64,000 bases of DNA from Diadema antillarum (taxonomy: Eukaryota), in NCBI RefSeq assembly GCF_040938485.1, contig NW_027271058.1:434001-498000 (forward strand). Reading direction: 5' to 3'. Under the pieces are notes generated by a model. That model had not been told where the DNA came from and ran no database searches. It was given only the letters and a program-made list of their open reading frames with translations. A program made the position numbers and the translations under genes. This document shows, one piece after another, positions 39,525 to 53,700 of the stretch (within the stretch, counting starts at the first letter, position 1; the number at the start of each line of letters is the position of its first letter).

Positions 39525-42500
39525 CTACATTTACCATATTCACCATAATTATCTACTCACTCACCATGATGACTGTGAGTGACATGGTGAGCCTGGACAC
39601 GCCCCCAAAGAAGGATGCCGCACCAATCAGGGCGAAGGCTCCCGGGTCCATCCACGCCCAGTAGGCATTGTCTTCTGAGGTCATGACCCCAAACATGGAG
39701 ACCATGGTGAGGCCGATCAGGCGACCGTACAGACCCCCGATGTAACTGGAGTGGATATCAGCATGTTTTCCTTTCACTTTTGATAATCACGTTTGTTTGT
39801 TTTTTTCACCATAATGATACCACCTTTTAAAAAATATTACATGAAAACAATAGGTAGAAGATCAAGATGAAATCTTCTGCAAATACCCATTGCTCTGTGA
39901 AAGTACGTGACAGTCTATTCATGGAAAAAAATGATAATTTGAGCATGAAGCAATTACTTCAGTGGGACTCAAGGACCTTCTCCCTGTACAATGAAACTTG
40001 GTCATAAATCAGCCATGATAGCTTTCCACTTCGTTCCCACGACAATCAAATCTATTGTAGCAGGCCAGTCTTGGAATACTTTAATGGCTGCTTTTGTTTC
40101 ATAATTGACAATGAAGAATTGAAGGTCAATATATGAAAGGAATGCATAACATCTGAAGAGGATAAGGATGTAAAGGCAAACTCCAATACTTTCACTTTTA
40201 TGATAATGATGATAATAATTATAATCAGGGGCGTCACCAGCTTTTTTTCAAGGGGGGTGCGTTTTGACACTAAATGTTTACGATATTTTTTGGACAGACA
40301 TTTGGAATATAGGAAGCTCTCAATCCCTTACAGTTTTTTTAGGGAAACCGGCGCACCGGTAGCTAGGATTTCATCTTGGGGGGGGGGGGGTAATATGCGA
40401 GGGAGCGAGCAAGGGTGGGGGGGGGGGGGGTGAGGGTGTGGAAGTGCCGGAGAGGGTTGTACCCCTTATAAATGGATTATAGAATGACGGTGTGAAACGA
40501 CAAATTACTTCCAGCGATATCAGGGGAACGGCATAACGACCACATGCGAGCGAGCTTGAAAATTTTGACATTTTACAGTCCAAAAACTGCCGTTTGTAGC
40601 CATATTCTTTTGCTTTGTAAATTAAGGGGGGCGCACCGGGCGCAACTGCTGGTAATTACTGGTAGCAACATCAGGTAAATGGCATAATAATTAAATGCGA
40701 GCGAGCAAAGAGAGCGAGCTTGGAAATTTTGTCATTTTACAGTCCAAAAACTGCCATTTGGAGCCATATTTTTTCGCTTTGGAAATAAAGGAGGGGTAGG
40801 GGCGCACCGGGCGCAACTGCCGGTAATTACTGGCAGCAACATCAGGAGAATTGCATAACAATTAAATGCGAGCGAGCGAAAAGAGCGAGCTTAAAAATTT
40901 TGATATTTTACAGTCCAAACACTGCCATTTAGAGCCGTATTTTTTCGCTTTGGAGATAAAGGAGGGGTGGGGGCGCAACGAGCGCAACTGCCGGTAATTA
41001 GTGGCAATAACATCAGAAGAATTGCATAACAATAATTAAATGCGAGCGAGCGAGCGAGCGAGCTTGAAATTTTTGACATTTTTACAGTCCAAAAACTGCC
41101 GTTTGTAGCCGTATTTTTTTGCTTTGGAAATTAAGGGGGCGCATCACGCGCATCTTACTGCTGGCAATATCTGGCAGCAACATCAGGTGAATGGCATAAC
41201 AATAAATGCGAGCAAGCGAAGAGAGCGAGCTTAAAAATTTTGATATTTTACAGTCCCAAAACTGCCATTTGGAGCCATATTTTTTCGCTTTGGAAATAAA
41301 GGAGGTGGGGGGGGGGGGGGGCGCACCGGGCGCAACTGCCGGCAATTTCTGGCAGCAACATCTGGGGGGCGTTTCATCAACGAGTTCGTCGGAGGTTTCA
41401 CTGACAAATTTGCTATCAGCCAATCAGACCAAGGATTTCATTAGCTTTTAACAGTTGTCAGTGTAAATCCTTGCGTCTGATTGGCTGATAGCAAATTTGT
41501 CGGTGAAAACCTGCGACGAACTCGTTGATGAAACGCCCCCCAGGAGAATTGCATAACAATTAAATGCGAGCGAGCGAGCGAGCGAGCGAGCTTGAAAATT
41601 TTGACATTTTACAGTAAAAAACAAACACTAGAAATGTCGCTATGGCGACTGGTATGCCTCCGCCATAATGCATGATTCTCCTAATAGGTCTATAGTACAT
41701 GTGGACAATGTGTGATTACATCTTCACAAAATTGGCAAAATATTAAAATGACATGTTTGTCACAAATGTATTGAATGCTTACCTTCCTTTACCTATGTTT
41801 AATTGGATGAATAGGAGAGCATGTATTTGGGGATTTAAGAACTTTAACTTGACTTTGATCCTTTCATAAGTTTATGCACTGAGTAATTTTCAAGGTATGG
41901 AGAAAAAGTGCAATTTCTGTATTGAACAGTAAATTGTTATCATTTTCATCTGGCCTTTAATTTATAAGAGAATCACTGTCAGGCAGAACATACATAAATA
42001 TGTACTAAGTTTCAAGATAACTTGAGCCACTTCCGAGATATGGAGAAAGAAGTAAGTTCAGCACTAACTTTCACTTGATCTTTGACCTTTTGACCTTTGA
42101 CCTTCTTGGCAAAAAAAAAATCCCAGAGAATCTCTATTGGGTTATACATGCATACATCAAGTTTTTAAAAAAATAATCCTGCTGGCATTGCATAAATATA
42201 AGGAAAAAAGTAAAATTTTGAAGTATTGCCCTTGACCTTTGACCCCTGACCTTTGACCCATGAACCCTAAATTCCCTAGATAACTACTGCCAGTCAGTAC
42301 ATGCATATATACTACGTTCCATGAAGATACCGTGAACAATTTCCAAGATACAGAGAAAAAAGTGAAATTCTAGCATTTTAATTGACCTTTTGACCTTTGA
42401 CCTTTTGACCTCATGACCCCAAACTTTCACCAGAGAATCTTAATTGGGTAATACATGTATACACTAAGTTTCAAGAAAATATCTTGAGGCATTGCATAGA

Positions 42501-44544
42501 TATGGGGGAAATAGTGAAATTCTAAGCATTTGACCTTGACCTTTTGACCTTGAGCATGTGCACCCAAAAGTTGATAGGCACAACTTCACCCCCTAATACA
42601 CATACATGCCAAGTTTCATTAGGATACCTCAAAAGGTTTTGGTAGTTACCCTGTCCACAAAATTCATTACGGACGGACGGACGGACGGACGGACGGACGG
42701 ACAACCCGAAAACATAATGCCTCCGGCACCACTTCGTGGCGGAGGCATAAAAACTGCCGTTTGTAGCTATATTTCTTCGATTTAGAATTTAAGGGGGCGC
42801 ATCGGGCGCAACTCCTGGCAAATACTGGCAGCAATATCAGAAGAGCATACTAGTAATGATTACATTCGAGCGAGCGGGACGAGCGAGCTTGAAAATATTA
42901 CATTTTACAGTCCAAAAACTGCCGTTCTTTTCTTAGCAATATTTTTTCGCTTTGGAAATTAAGGGGGGAGGGGCACCGGGCGCAACTGCAGGCAATTACT
43001 GGCAGCAACATCAGAAGAATGGCATAAAGATTAAATGCTAGCGAACGGAGCGAGCGAGCTTGAAAATTTTGACATTTTACAGTCCCCAAATTGCCGTTTG
43101 TAGCTATATATTTTTTGCTTTGGAAATTAAGGGGGCGCACTAGGCGCAACTGCCGGAAATTACTGGCAGCAACTTCAGGAGAATGGCATTACCACTAAAT
43201 GCGAGCGAGAGGAGCGAGCGAGCTTGAAAATTTTGACATTTTACTGTCCAAAAACTGCCGTTTGAAGCTATATTTTTTTTCGCTTTGGAAATTAAAGGGG
43301 GGGGGGGGACGCCCGGTGCGCCCCTCTCCCTGGATCCGCCACTGGTAGTCAAGGGTGTGGGTTTATGTTCATGACTGGGGGAGGTATGACCAGCGAGGTG
43401 GCGTCGAAGTGACCAAGCGGGGAAAGGATGTCCAAAATCTGCACTTTAGAGCATCCCCTAAACTAATTGTGCGTGTTTGTTTGTGTGTGTGTATTATAAT
43501 GTACATGGAAAAGTTAGGAATTAGCCCAGGTCAAGTCTTTTCATTGGCAATGCAAGACATTTTTACATAGACTAGTATGTAAAGCAACACTGCAAAATCA
43601 ATGATCTAGCTTTGATATAACGAAGCGTAAGGTACAAAGGTGTACATTCTACATCACATTGCGCAACATTGTAGCGACTCTTCGTTCGGATGTACCGAGT
43701 ACACTGCGCACATCCTGCTTATATGCAGAATGCCAACCAGGAATCACGCTGAATCACAATCTTTTATCGGGTCCGGGGTTTTTAAACAATGTTTCACACT
43801 GTATCTATACCTATCTAATTATGGTTAAAAGAAATCATAGAAAAATATCTTATTTCTTGATCACCCTTTCATTCAAAAGCAGTTTACTAACACTTGAATT
43901 ACTATTTCGGTAAGTCTTTTTTTTTTTTTTACCAGCGGATTGGGAGGGGGCGCACCCCTACCCCCCCCCCCCCCCTCCCCCCGTAGTTACGCCACTGCTT
44001 TTGGGTGAAATAATTGGACAGATTTCTTGAATTCTAACAAAAAAACAAGAAAATCTTTTCATCGCGGGAATTATGATTATGTGGGGTGGGGCAAATGGTA
44101 CGCTTGCCTTCCAACATTTCTATGGGGGCAACATTTTTGTTTTCTTTCAAAAGCAAGAAAATCTTCTCATTTCGGGAATTATTAATTATGGGGGGGGGGG
44201 GGCAAAATTTAAATATGCTTGCCCCTCCAATATTTTTATGGGGGTAACTTTTTGTTTTTCTGTCAAAAAAAGAGATAAGAAAATCTTCTCGTCTCTGGAA
44301 TTATGGAGGGGGGTGGGCAAAATGATACGCTTGCCACTCCATTTTTTTCATCTCTTTTTAGTGAGGCTAGGGCTCGCTCTTGGGCTGGCAATGGATTGGT
44401 CAGAAGTAACGTACATAGACCCTAAGTAGCACACGTATCTCCGTATCGTACGGATGTACAGTACGGTCGATAAATAGTAAACACTGTAGAATACTGATAG
44501 ATATGTATAAAATCAGTGCTGCCAGAACCAGGGGTGCGAATTGA

Positions 44545-44599
<55 letters not shown>

Positions 44600-44670
44600 G
44601 GTGCAAAATATAAAGAAAAAAATAGAAAAGAGTAATCATCTAGCATCCGGCGTTGAGGTCGCTCGCAGAC

Positions 44671-44705
<35 letters not shown>

Positions 44706-47700
44706 GATCTGAAGGGGGGTGCGTTCGCACCCAACGCACCCCCCCTGGTGACGCCCATGATAATACTAGTGGCTCTTTGAATAATGCACAGGTCAACATT
44801 TCAGTGCTCATGGCACTTCAAAAAAGAAAACAAAAGAAGAAGAACTTTCCCCAACAGAAATGAAATATTCTGATGACACAATATGACTTTATTGTCTATT
44901 GTTTGGTGCACTTCCTCTTCTTTCTATATTTTTTTAATCAAAGTATGGTTATATTTGCAGCAAGTACATGGCATGGTGGATGAGACTCCCGACTCTCAAT
45001 AAGAGGACTCAAATTTGATTCCCACCTAGTGCTTATGTCCTTGGACAAGATGTTTGTACCCACCACATCCCTCTCGACCCAGGTGTATACATGGGTACCT
45101 GGCAATGCCAGGGTAATAATGATGGCAGGTCCCTCCAGAAGAATTGTGGCAGCTTTGAAGAGGCTACCCTGGATGAAGAAGACCTTATCATAATATCATC
45201 ATCGTCAAAATGCACTTACAGCATTGGAACGACCAAGCCAGCCGAAATGGACGGCCCACAGGACCAGCAGGCCATGACGAAGTAGAAGGCCAGAACGGTG
45301 ACGAGGGCGCCATAGGTCAGCTCCCAGTGGGTCTCCCTGGAGAAGAGATGGAGGATAGCCTCCTCTCCAGTCACAAACAGCAGAGTGGCGACTGCAGTGA
45401 CAGAGAGATATAGGTGACATGGGCAGTGAGATGCAGTTGTTTTGTCTTGTTTTATTCTAAATCTGACTTTATAAAAGCCATTCATAACATTTTAAGCAAC
45501 ATTGTTGACTGACAAACAAACTAATAAACAAGTTTCTGGTAAAAACCTAACAATTAAGCAGTAGAGATTAAAAACATCAATTGTGGTTCTATCAGGGTTA
45601 AATAAAAATAGCCATAATTTCAATGATTTTGCAGCTTATAATTTCATTAATTTTCATTTGATATAGATATTTCTTCTCCTGGGCGTCCTCCTCAAACATT
45701 TTCCGAGCTCTGTGTTTATCTCCTTCATTCGAGAAATTTTGGTACATGTTCATATTTCGCAAGCTTGCATGTGAAGTCTCGTTTCCCTTGGGTCTGACAA
45801 TGCTAACCTTGGTTGAAAGACTTGTTGCTGAATTTGATGGAGCCGTTGTCAAACCTTTCCGTGATTCCAGGAGGACAGGTGTATATGCTGACTGATGCCT
45901 CCGTATCACTGGTTGACTCCAGACACTTTGGGCTGTAGCCTGTCGGCCTGGTAACCAAAATTCGCAAGAAGTCTTATCACATTCTACATTTATAATCACC
46001 TGAGCATTTCAGACAACACTGACAATCATAGCCTAGTGGGCTAGCCCAAGTCAAAAACAAACAAACAAAGAAAAAAACAATCTTGGGAAATTTTTAACTC
46101 CAATCAAATGTAATATGTAAAGTCAAATTAATTACTGACTGAAGGCACGTTTTTACTGAAACATGAAATCAATGACTAACAGAGACAAAAGAGGAACATA
46201 CTGTAAAACCATAAATTTTTGTGCAAATGAAATTTTCACCAATTTTGCAAGGAGCCAAGATTCGTGAAATTAAAATGCACATGAAAGTTCTTGTCTGCAC
46301 TATTTACATTGAATGCCAGTGGCAATTTGCAAAAATTTCATGCCGCAAACATTTCAGGTTTTACAGCATTTAGCACGAATTGAAAACACAAGTTCTCTAT
46401 GATTATGTGACTGTGATGGTATGTAAGAAAAGTCTTCATAGATTTGTGCACCAGGTAAATAAAGCAAATTCATGAGTCTCCTACTACATGCATTGAAATG
46501 AGAAAGCAAAAAAAAGCAAAAAAAAAAATGCACAGAGTACAAAAAAATACTCAAACTATGATTTTCTGTAAAGCAAAGTATTAAATGCAATTATAGGCTT
46601 ACAGCAGTGTCATACAGTATTATAAAATGGGTTCAAGAATGTAGCCAATTGGAAGCGCTGAAATGAGTCACGTGTGCGTGCATTATTTTTTACGATCATG
46701 CACAGCCTGACGTCACAATGTTTACACTAGCAGTGCGCACTCAATCAGTTGTTACAAATGTGTCACGTGCTACTATACGCGCTGTCAATCCTGTAAACAA
46801 CTTCTAGTTCGGGCTGCCAGCCGGCCTTTCTTGTGCGTGCATAACATGTGGCGTATGTATACTCTTATACGTACAGTACTTATATGTGCAGGATTTCCGA
46901 GTGCGACGTGCGTAAATGTTTGGGACGAACATCTTCGGACATCTTGACTTTGAGCGAGTGCTACATGTAGCTGGCTGGTATTGACCCACAAAGGTACGTG
47001 AAAAATGCTGTTAGTTTTCGACCCATTTTATAAAACAAATGATGCACAGGATTATTTCGTGGCATTAGTGAAGGTGTGGCGCACTCTCGAGTATTGACAA
47101 TGGTGCAACATGCACGAGGCGCATTCACTAATGCACTCTATCCTGTGCATCATTTGTATAATAATGGCAGACATCAATACCAACATTATTTTGAAGGATA
47201 GAGTACTCACGGTCTATCTTCACCCTCGTAGTAACAGGTGATGGGTGAGCATTTGAAAGCTGCTGGTAAAAACACCGTACCAGTGACCACCAGTACCTGT
47301 AGACAGCGAGAGTTTTTCCCAGAATAATGCTAAAACTTTGATTTTCAGGAAAGAGAAGTATTCAATGCAAATGACAAGCTTCTGGCAGTGTCATAGTCGC
47401 TTACATTGCTGACGACTGTTCTTAACCAGGCTGGCACCAAGCTTGATTAGTCAAAGTAAGATATACCACAAGACGACTCTGAGCAGCTTTGTGTTAAATT
47501 TATCCAACATATTATAAATTCAAGAATCAAATAATGAAACATACTAAGTACAAACAAAGTATTATTGGCGTTTCCATGACATTTGCTCCTGCAACAATTA
47601 CTTCTATTAAATATCTGCATGCTAAGCCAAACACATATTCTATGCACACACATAACCCTTACCCTATTCCTAATCCTCACATCAAACTAAACCTAAGACC

Positions 47701-50700
47701 CTATCGCAACCATAACCCAAACCCAAAGTCCTTGGAGAAAGTAAGACCAGAGCAATTGTTGCAGGAACAAATGTTGTGTCATCATTATTGGCATCTTGAC
47801 ATCTTTGCAGAACTTCAATAACAAGCATAGTTCGGGATTAGAAAGCCTATTACTGCAGCTATGTAACAAGTCATGACTGGCATTTACGGCAAATTTTGAC
47901 TATCAATAGGGGATGGTACACATAAAAACCGGGACCTACGATGATGATGCAGGGTTCTGAGAGTTTCATCAGCTTCTGTTGCCACGGTACTTTGGTCTGG
48001 GCCAGCAGCCGCCGCCTCAGCCTCGTCAGCTTCAGGTTGGTGAAGACAAAGAGCGCCCCCAGGCCACCGCCGATGACGCCAATGATGACCGTTGGGATGA
48101 ACATAATGATGTTCACATCCAGGCCTTCTCTTACCTATAAACCACAAAGAAAAAACAAATAAACATAGAAGAGAGAGCATCAGAGATGCTCCATTCATTT
48201 AAAGTGCCTGAGCTTGATAAAAACATTCAACTGAAAATGGCAATAGAGAAAACAACAAGACAAAATCAACAAATTGACTGCTTCCATGATGAGTACATAG
48301 AAATTGCTCTTCTAGGCAAACAGATACATACATTAGGATGATGATCTATTTGATGCCTTGTCAAAGCAAATGAAGGAGTACTCTAGATATAAAAAGCAGC
48401 ATAAAGGGAACATGAAGACAAGACCACTAAGTAAACATGGGCCATATTTCAACCAAATGACAGCGGTTGCTTGCTTCAGATGAAACATATTCTTTTCGAA
48501 ATTCATTAAATGTAAACTCATTCTAATTACATTGCCCTAGCATCATAAGTTGCGTGAACATACCATGAATCTACATGATGTGATGTACTTGCAAAATAAT
48601 TCAAAATTTCGAATTATATGCATACCAGAAATTCGAAATGAATTATATCTGTGAATTAAAAAAAAAAAAAAATCTGAATTGTATATTTGTGTCATTCTTC
48701 TGTTTTTCTTCTGCTGTCTATGGCACAATACTGTTTGCTAAATATAGCCAGTCACAGTTTTCTCTTAATGGAAGTTCCTCTTCTACGATGAATGGGGGCA
48801 CACATTATAGGCTTGTACACTTTCAATAATCTTGGAATAGTTGTCTGAGAAGATTACAAGGCCATACCAACCTGAAACATGATGTATTTTTCTGCCTTAA
48901 AGAGGCCAAAATCACCCTGATAGCGGAATGCCGAGAAGGCTGAGTTGAAGAGATCTGTAGTGACTGTTGATATCATACAGCAGAAGAACACCTACAGGAG
49001 AAACATTTCAAGAATTATTGGCACAGGTTAATTTTTCCTATCCAAGACACTGGGCACAAAAATAGCATTTTCCAATCATATGTGAGTATATGCATATACT
49101 GTACTATCCTTTTATAGTCCATGAGCACACTTTCTTTTATCAGATATAGGATGATAAAACAATCATTCATGGTTTTCAATTTGAATATATGAAGAAATGA
49201 GCACATGTAATCGCTTATAACATAAAAAGCCAAATGTAATGTCCGTTATGTAAAAAAAAAATAAAATAAAAAAAAATAAAAGGGTCACAAAGTGCAAACT
49301 CAAGCTCTGGAAGCTTGATGGAAGTTTTTGTTCCTGTTAAACTAATAAGCAATGTCAATAATACCAGCAGTGATGACTAGTCGTTACCTCATGCTTGAAA
49401 TTTACCTTTCATGGGGAAAAACAGCACTCAGTATTACATATTATCATTTATTGCAACCAAAGCTGATTACTGCCAAATAAAATTGAGCTGTAAGTCCTGT
49501 GACTGATTACCATCTATGTTCCATCAAATCTTTTTTTCTTTTTTTTTATTACATAATTCCGCTATTTCTCCACTAATTTTGCACAGACCACCAGCACGTA
49601 GGACTGCATTGTGATTGTTGAGTCAAACTTACATCTCACGTGCAAGTTTGGAACCAAATACTGTATAAGCTATTATTTTCATGTGGGTTTAATTTTCGCG
49701 AATTTCGCGAATCTCAGTTGGACCGCGAATTTAACAACACGCGAAAATGTCACCATATATGCTAAGGTAGTAGTGCGCTTATGACTTATGTAGGCCTCTG
49801 TGTCAATTCACGTTACAGTAGTCAAGGAAGTCCTATGTCTCCGACTCTAAAGTGATTATTTGGCAGGACAAACCCACCTGCCAGGAAAGCTTCATGCTCC
49901 AAAAGGAAGACACCTCCTCCATGGCAAACAGCAGTCCTCCCACCGGGGCACCAAATGCCGAGGCCACGCCCGCTGCCGCGCCCGCCGAGATGAAATTACG
50001 CCTGGAGGACGGACATCAGAGAAAAAGATATTCTCAATAAACTCTGAAGGTAGATTCTTCTCAATTCTTTTCTTTTTTTACCAGCCTCTTCAAATATTTC
50101 GTTATATGATTGATAAGAACTGCCAATTTTACTTCAATGAGGCTATACGCTATTCATAGATGTAATGACCAAGTAATGATGATCTACCAGCATTTAATCC
50201 TGTAATTAGGAAGGGTGGTGTTCCTATTCATTTCCCAGCAGGTGTTTTGTTTGCTTTGCGTTCTTCTTTTTTTTTCTAAAAAAGCGGTAAAGGTTCACAT
50301 TTCTGGTGTCTGATGCTAGCAGGCCTTTTCCAATCAAAATTCTTTAAAGCCTCTTCGAAAGTTTAGTCAAAAAAATTGAAAATGCATGACAATTTTTTTT
50401 TTTTTTAATGCATTACTGTAGGAAAGTGTATTTTCTACATCACAGTGAGATTTTAACTGAGACAAATCCAAGAGCAATTCACCTATCTTCTGGATTCCTG
50501 AACCTCTCAAAAAATGGCAGGGCAAACTTCATGGTTTCTGACTTGAACTGGCTCACTCCAGCTCCTATGAGAGACCTGAAATACAAAAACAAAATCAAAA
50601 TCAAAATCAAACACTAAATAACTGTCCATCTTGATAAAAGCTGCAAAAAACAACAACAAACAAACATTAGAACTGTCAATACATTTGCTATGACGAGTTC

Positions 50701-53700
50701 ATGTTGCCTCACTTTTACACAACCTGTCTGTCTTTATCTCTTTCGGCAATTTGTACATTTTTTTAAAATCTGTCACACTGACAAGATGAAAGTTTGAGGT
50801 AAAAAATTTGCATTTGCAGGGGTTTTGTATGAATTTGTGAAATTACATATCTTGTCACTGTTCCATGCTGGCTGATACAGTCAAACCTGTCTATAATGGC
50901 CACTCACAGGAGATGAAAAAAGTGGTTGTTATAGACAGGTGGATACTATAGACAAGGTTTTTTAACCCATTGAGGATGAGTGTCCCAAGTATACTCGGGC
51001 ACGTGTCTATGTAAAATGCGTGTTGTAGCCAAATCAGCCTGTTCTCCACTGGTTAAAGTGGTTTTCCTCTCAGGGTTTGTTTGTTTGTTGTTTGTTTTTG
51101 TTTGTTGTTGTTGTTTTTAAGGCCGTATGTGGCAGGTGGCCACCATAGCAGGTGGCTGCTAAGGCAGATTTAAATGTAACCTTGTTTCCTTCACAGATAT
51201 CAAAAAAATATATATATATCTCACCCCATGTGTATCATGGGTCCTTCTGGTCCCACCGGTAGTCCACTGCTCACTGCACAGACACAGGAGAAGAATTTCA
51301 CCACCAGCGTCTTGACGTTAAAAATGTGCCTCACTTTGGTTCCATTCAGAAATCCTATCAACTCTGGCATACCAGACCCGGCAGCAGAAGGTCTCAAGTA
51401 CTGAAATGGGAAAGAGTTAAAAATGGAATCATGTCAAGTTCCAGTATTATAACACTAGCCTATATTCTAGGCAGAGGATGCAGCTACGGACTCAACTGTC
51501 ACCCTAAACGTCTGATGCCGTGAGACTATTGTCTTTGCTAAGCGATGCGTCTGATGCGGCAAGACTATGAACAGTGGATGCGCGTGGAAGCATCCGCCAC
51601 CTATATCCAATTGTCTTGCTTTAGTTGTTGTTTCCTTATTATCAACTACAATGTATGAATCGGAGGCAGTTTTCATATGAAAAAAAGTGCCATCGATTCA
51701 TAGTCCATAATAAGAGAACAACGACTACAGAAAGACAAGTGGATATAGCGGTGGATGCTTCCACTGTTCCTAGTCTCGCCGCATCAGACATACACCCTCT
51801 TGTATTGCTTTAATAGCAAAGACAATGGTTTCGCCGCATCAGACGTTCAGCGTAATAGCAAAGACAGAAGGTGCATCCTCCGCCTAGATTACAGGCACAG
51901 TAAATACAAGTATTTACTTCTCTCTAATGACTGAATCAGTAAAATGCATCACCATTGATCCAACCAGAGTAAGATTGACTTTGATAATTATACCTAGATA
52001 CATTTCTTACTTTCTGTTAATACTCTATAGGGCAATTCCGCAGTTAGGTGGACACGACATGGATAAAAGAAATGTGCCTCTTTATCTTACTCTTTAATTT
52101 AGGTATCAACTAATGCCATGGATGTTCACCAATCACTAAGGTCTTTCAAATTCAGTAGATTTTATTTTTCATATTCATTGATTTTGCGAGATCTAAAACC
52201 ATCATTTAAAATGTACATGTGGGACTGGGGGTGCTGAAATTCACTTGAATGCAAATTACAGTGGGTTGCTTTGAAATTTTTTCCTCAAATTTTAGCTAAA
52301 AGGTAAAAGATGAATACATTTAAATACTCCAGAAGTCATGTGACATTTTGTTGATTACAAAAGGGTGAAATGACCTGCGGAATTACTCCGGACAAATGTA
52401 ACGTTACTAACCGTAACGTTACTAACCATGCATTTGGGGTCTAGCTAATAAATCATCGGTCGAACTGCTAAAAATATTTGTGTGAACATTTGTCATGACG
52501 CAAAAATTGAAATTAGTGCAACACTTTGTTTTAAGTAACTTGAATTTTTGCACACTTTTTGTTTCAAGACATTGATTTTTTTGTCGTGTCCTTTTTTCGT
52601 AACGTTACTAACCAGCCCTTTTAGTTGCCATTATGGATAGCAATTCTAATATTTATTGGATTGTACTCATTCTTTTCTATATCATAGACCTAGGAAGGAT
52701 GAACATGTTTTAAAATGATTTTGACTTGAAATGAATAAATGGTGATTTAGTAGTAAAAATAAATATCTAAATTTCTTTAAATGTAACGTTACTAACCGCG
52801 GAATTGCCCTATAGCTACAGGAACACACTACCCGACCACACACATTCCGATCCTCTGTCTTAAGCTACGGTCACAAAGGTTCGTACGAACGATGCGTTTG
52901 TACGAATGTCACTGTTCGTACGAATTCTGGAGTTCGTACGAAGAGAGGGTTTCGTACGAAGTTTTTAAAAAAATCTTGGACAAGACCATCTGCCAGGCTA
53001 CAAATTTAATGAAGGGTCTACGAACGGTCTACGAACGGTCTACGAACGCTGGTTTCATACGGCCTTCTTAAGAAGATCTTACGAAATTGTCTAAAAATCG
53101 TTCGTACGGCGTTCGTAGCAGATCTTAATGGTATTTGTGACCGAGCCATTACTTTAACATGAAAAACAAAAAACAAATAGCTCTTCACGTATTTACATCC
53201 CATAAATTCTCATGGATTACATATCCCTTTTTATAAGAAATGGGCAGGTGTTCATGTTTTCATTTGTAAGACATTCTTGCATTCCTCCCATCCCCCCAGA
53301 AAAAGATATGAGTTAAGAAATTTAACAGAAAATATTTTAATATCATGAATCAGAATTTGCAAAGGTCATTCAGTACTTGAGGAATATGGAAGCAATTACT
53401 TCATTCATTGTTCCCTAAATCCCAAAATAAAAAGCTTCTCTGCTTCATGACTTCTTCTCCAAAAGGTACCAATGGCTGAATGTGAACATTGCACAAAAAA
53501 TTCTTGTTCAAGAAAAGACATACTACAAAAATGCTTCCAACAATAGAGTCACTGTTAACACTGTCTCAGTGCTACTGAAGCCTCTCAAGCAAGCCAGCAA
53601 ACAGATGTTTTATAATAGGACACACAAGCTTCACGACTTACTGTATGCGCCAAATATTTCGCCAGGTTTTTATTTTCGTGAATTTCATGAGTAGGGTGCT

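Larger units (their letters stand above)
40540..43300. repeat. Tandem array of ~165-175-bp units (about 9 copies), interrupted by two insertions
   Basis: Unit gcgagcgagcttgaaaattttgacattttacagtccaaaaactgcc...ggcagcaacatcagg recurs near 40553, 40718, 40887, 41061, 41227, 41588, 42886, 43057, 43221. Confidence 0.92.
40226..44759. mobile_element. 4.5-kb composite non-autonomous element with 5-bp TSD in CLC intron 11
   Basis: Termini caggggcgtcaccag / ctggtgacgcccatg; TSD ataat (40221-40225, 44760-44764); no transposase ORF seen. Confidence 0.8.

Noticed and set aside
40540-43300. Regular repeat array as a possible CRISPR
   Set aside because: Units are ~170 bp and homologous along their whole length, with no unique spacers; the context is a eukaryotic intron with no cas genes.
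41082-43352. ORFs within the satellite array as a repeat protein
   Set aside because: Frames are not conserved between units and stops are frequent.
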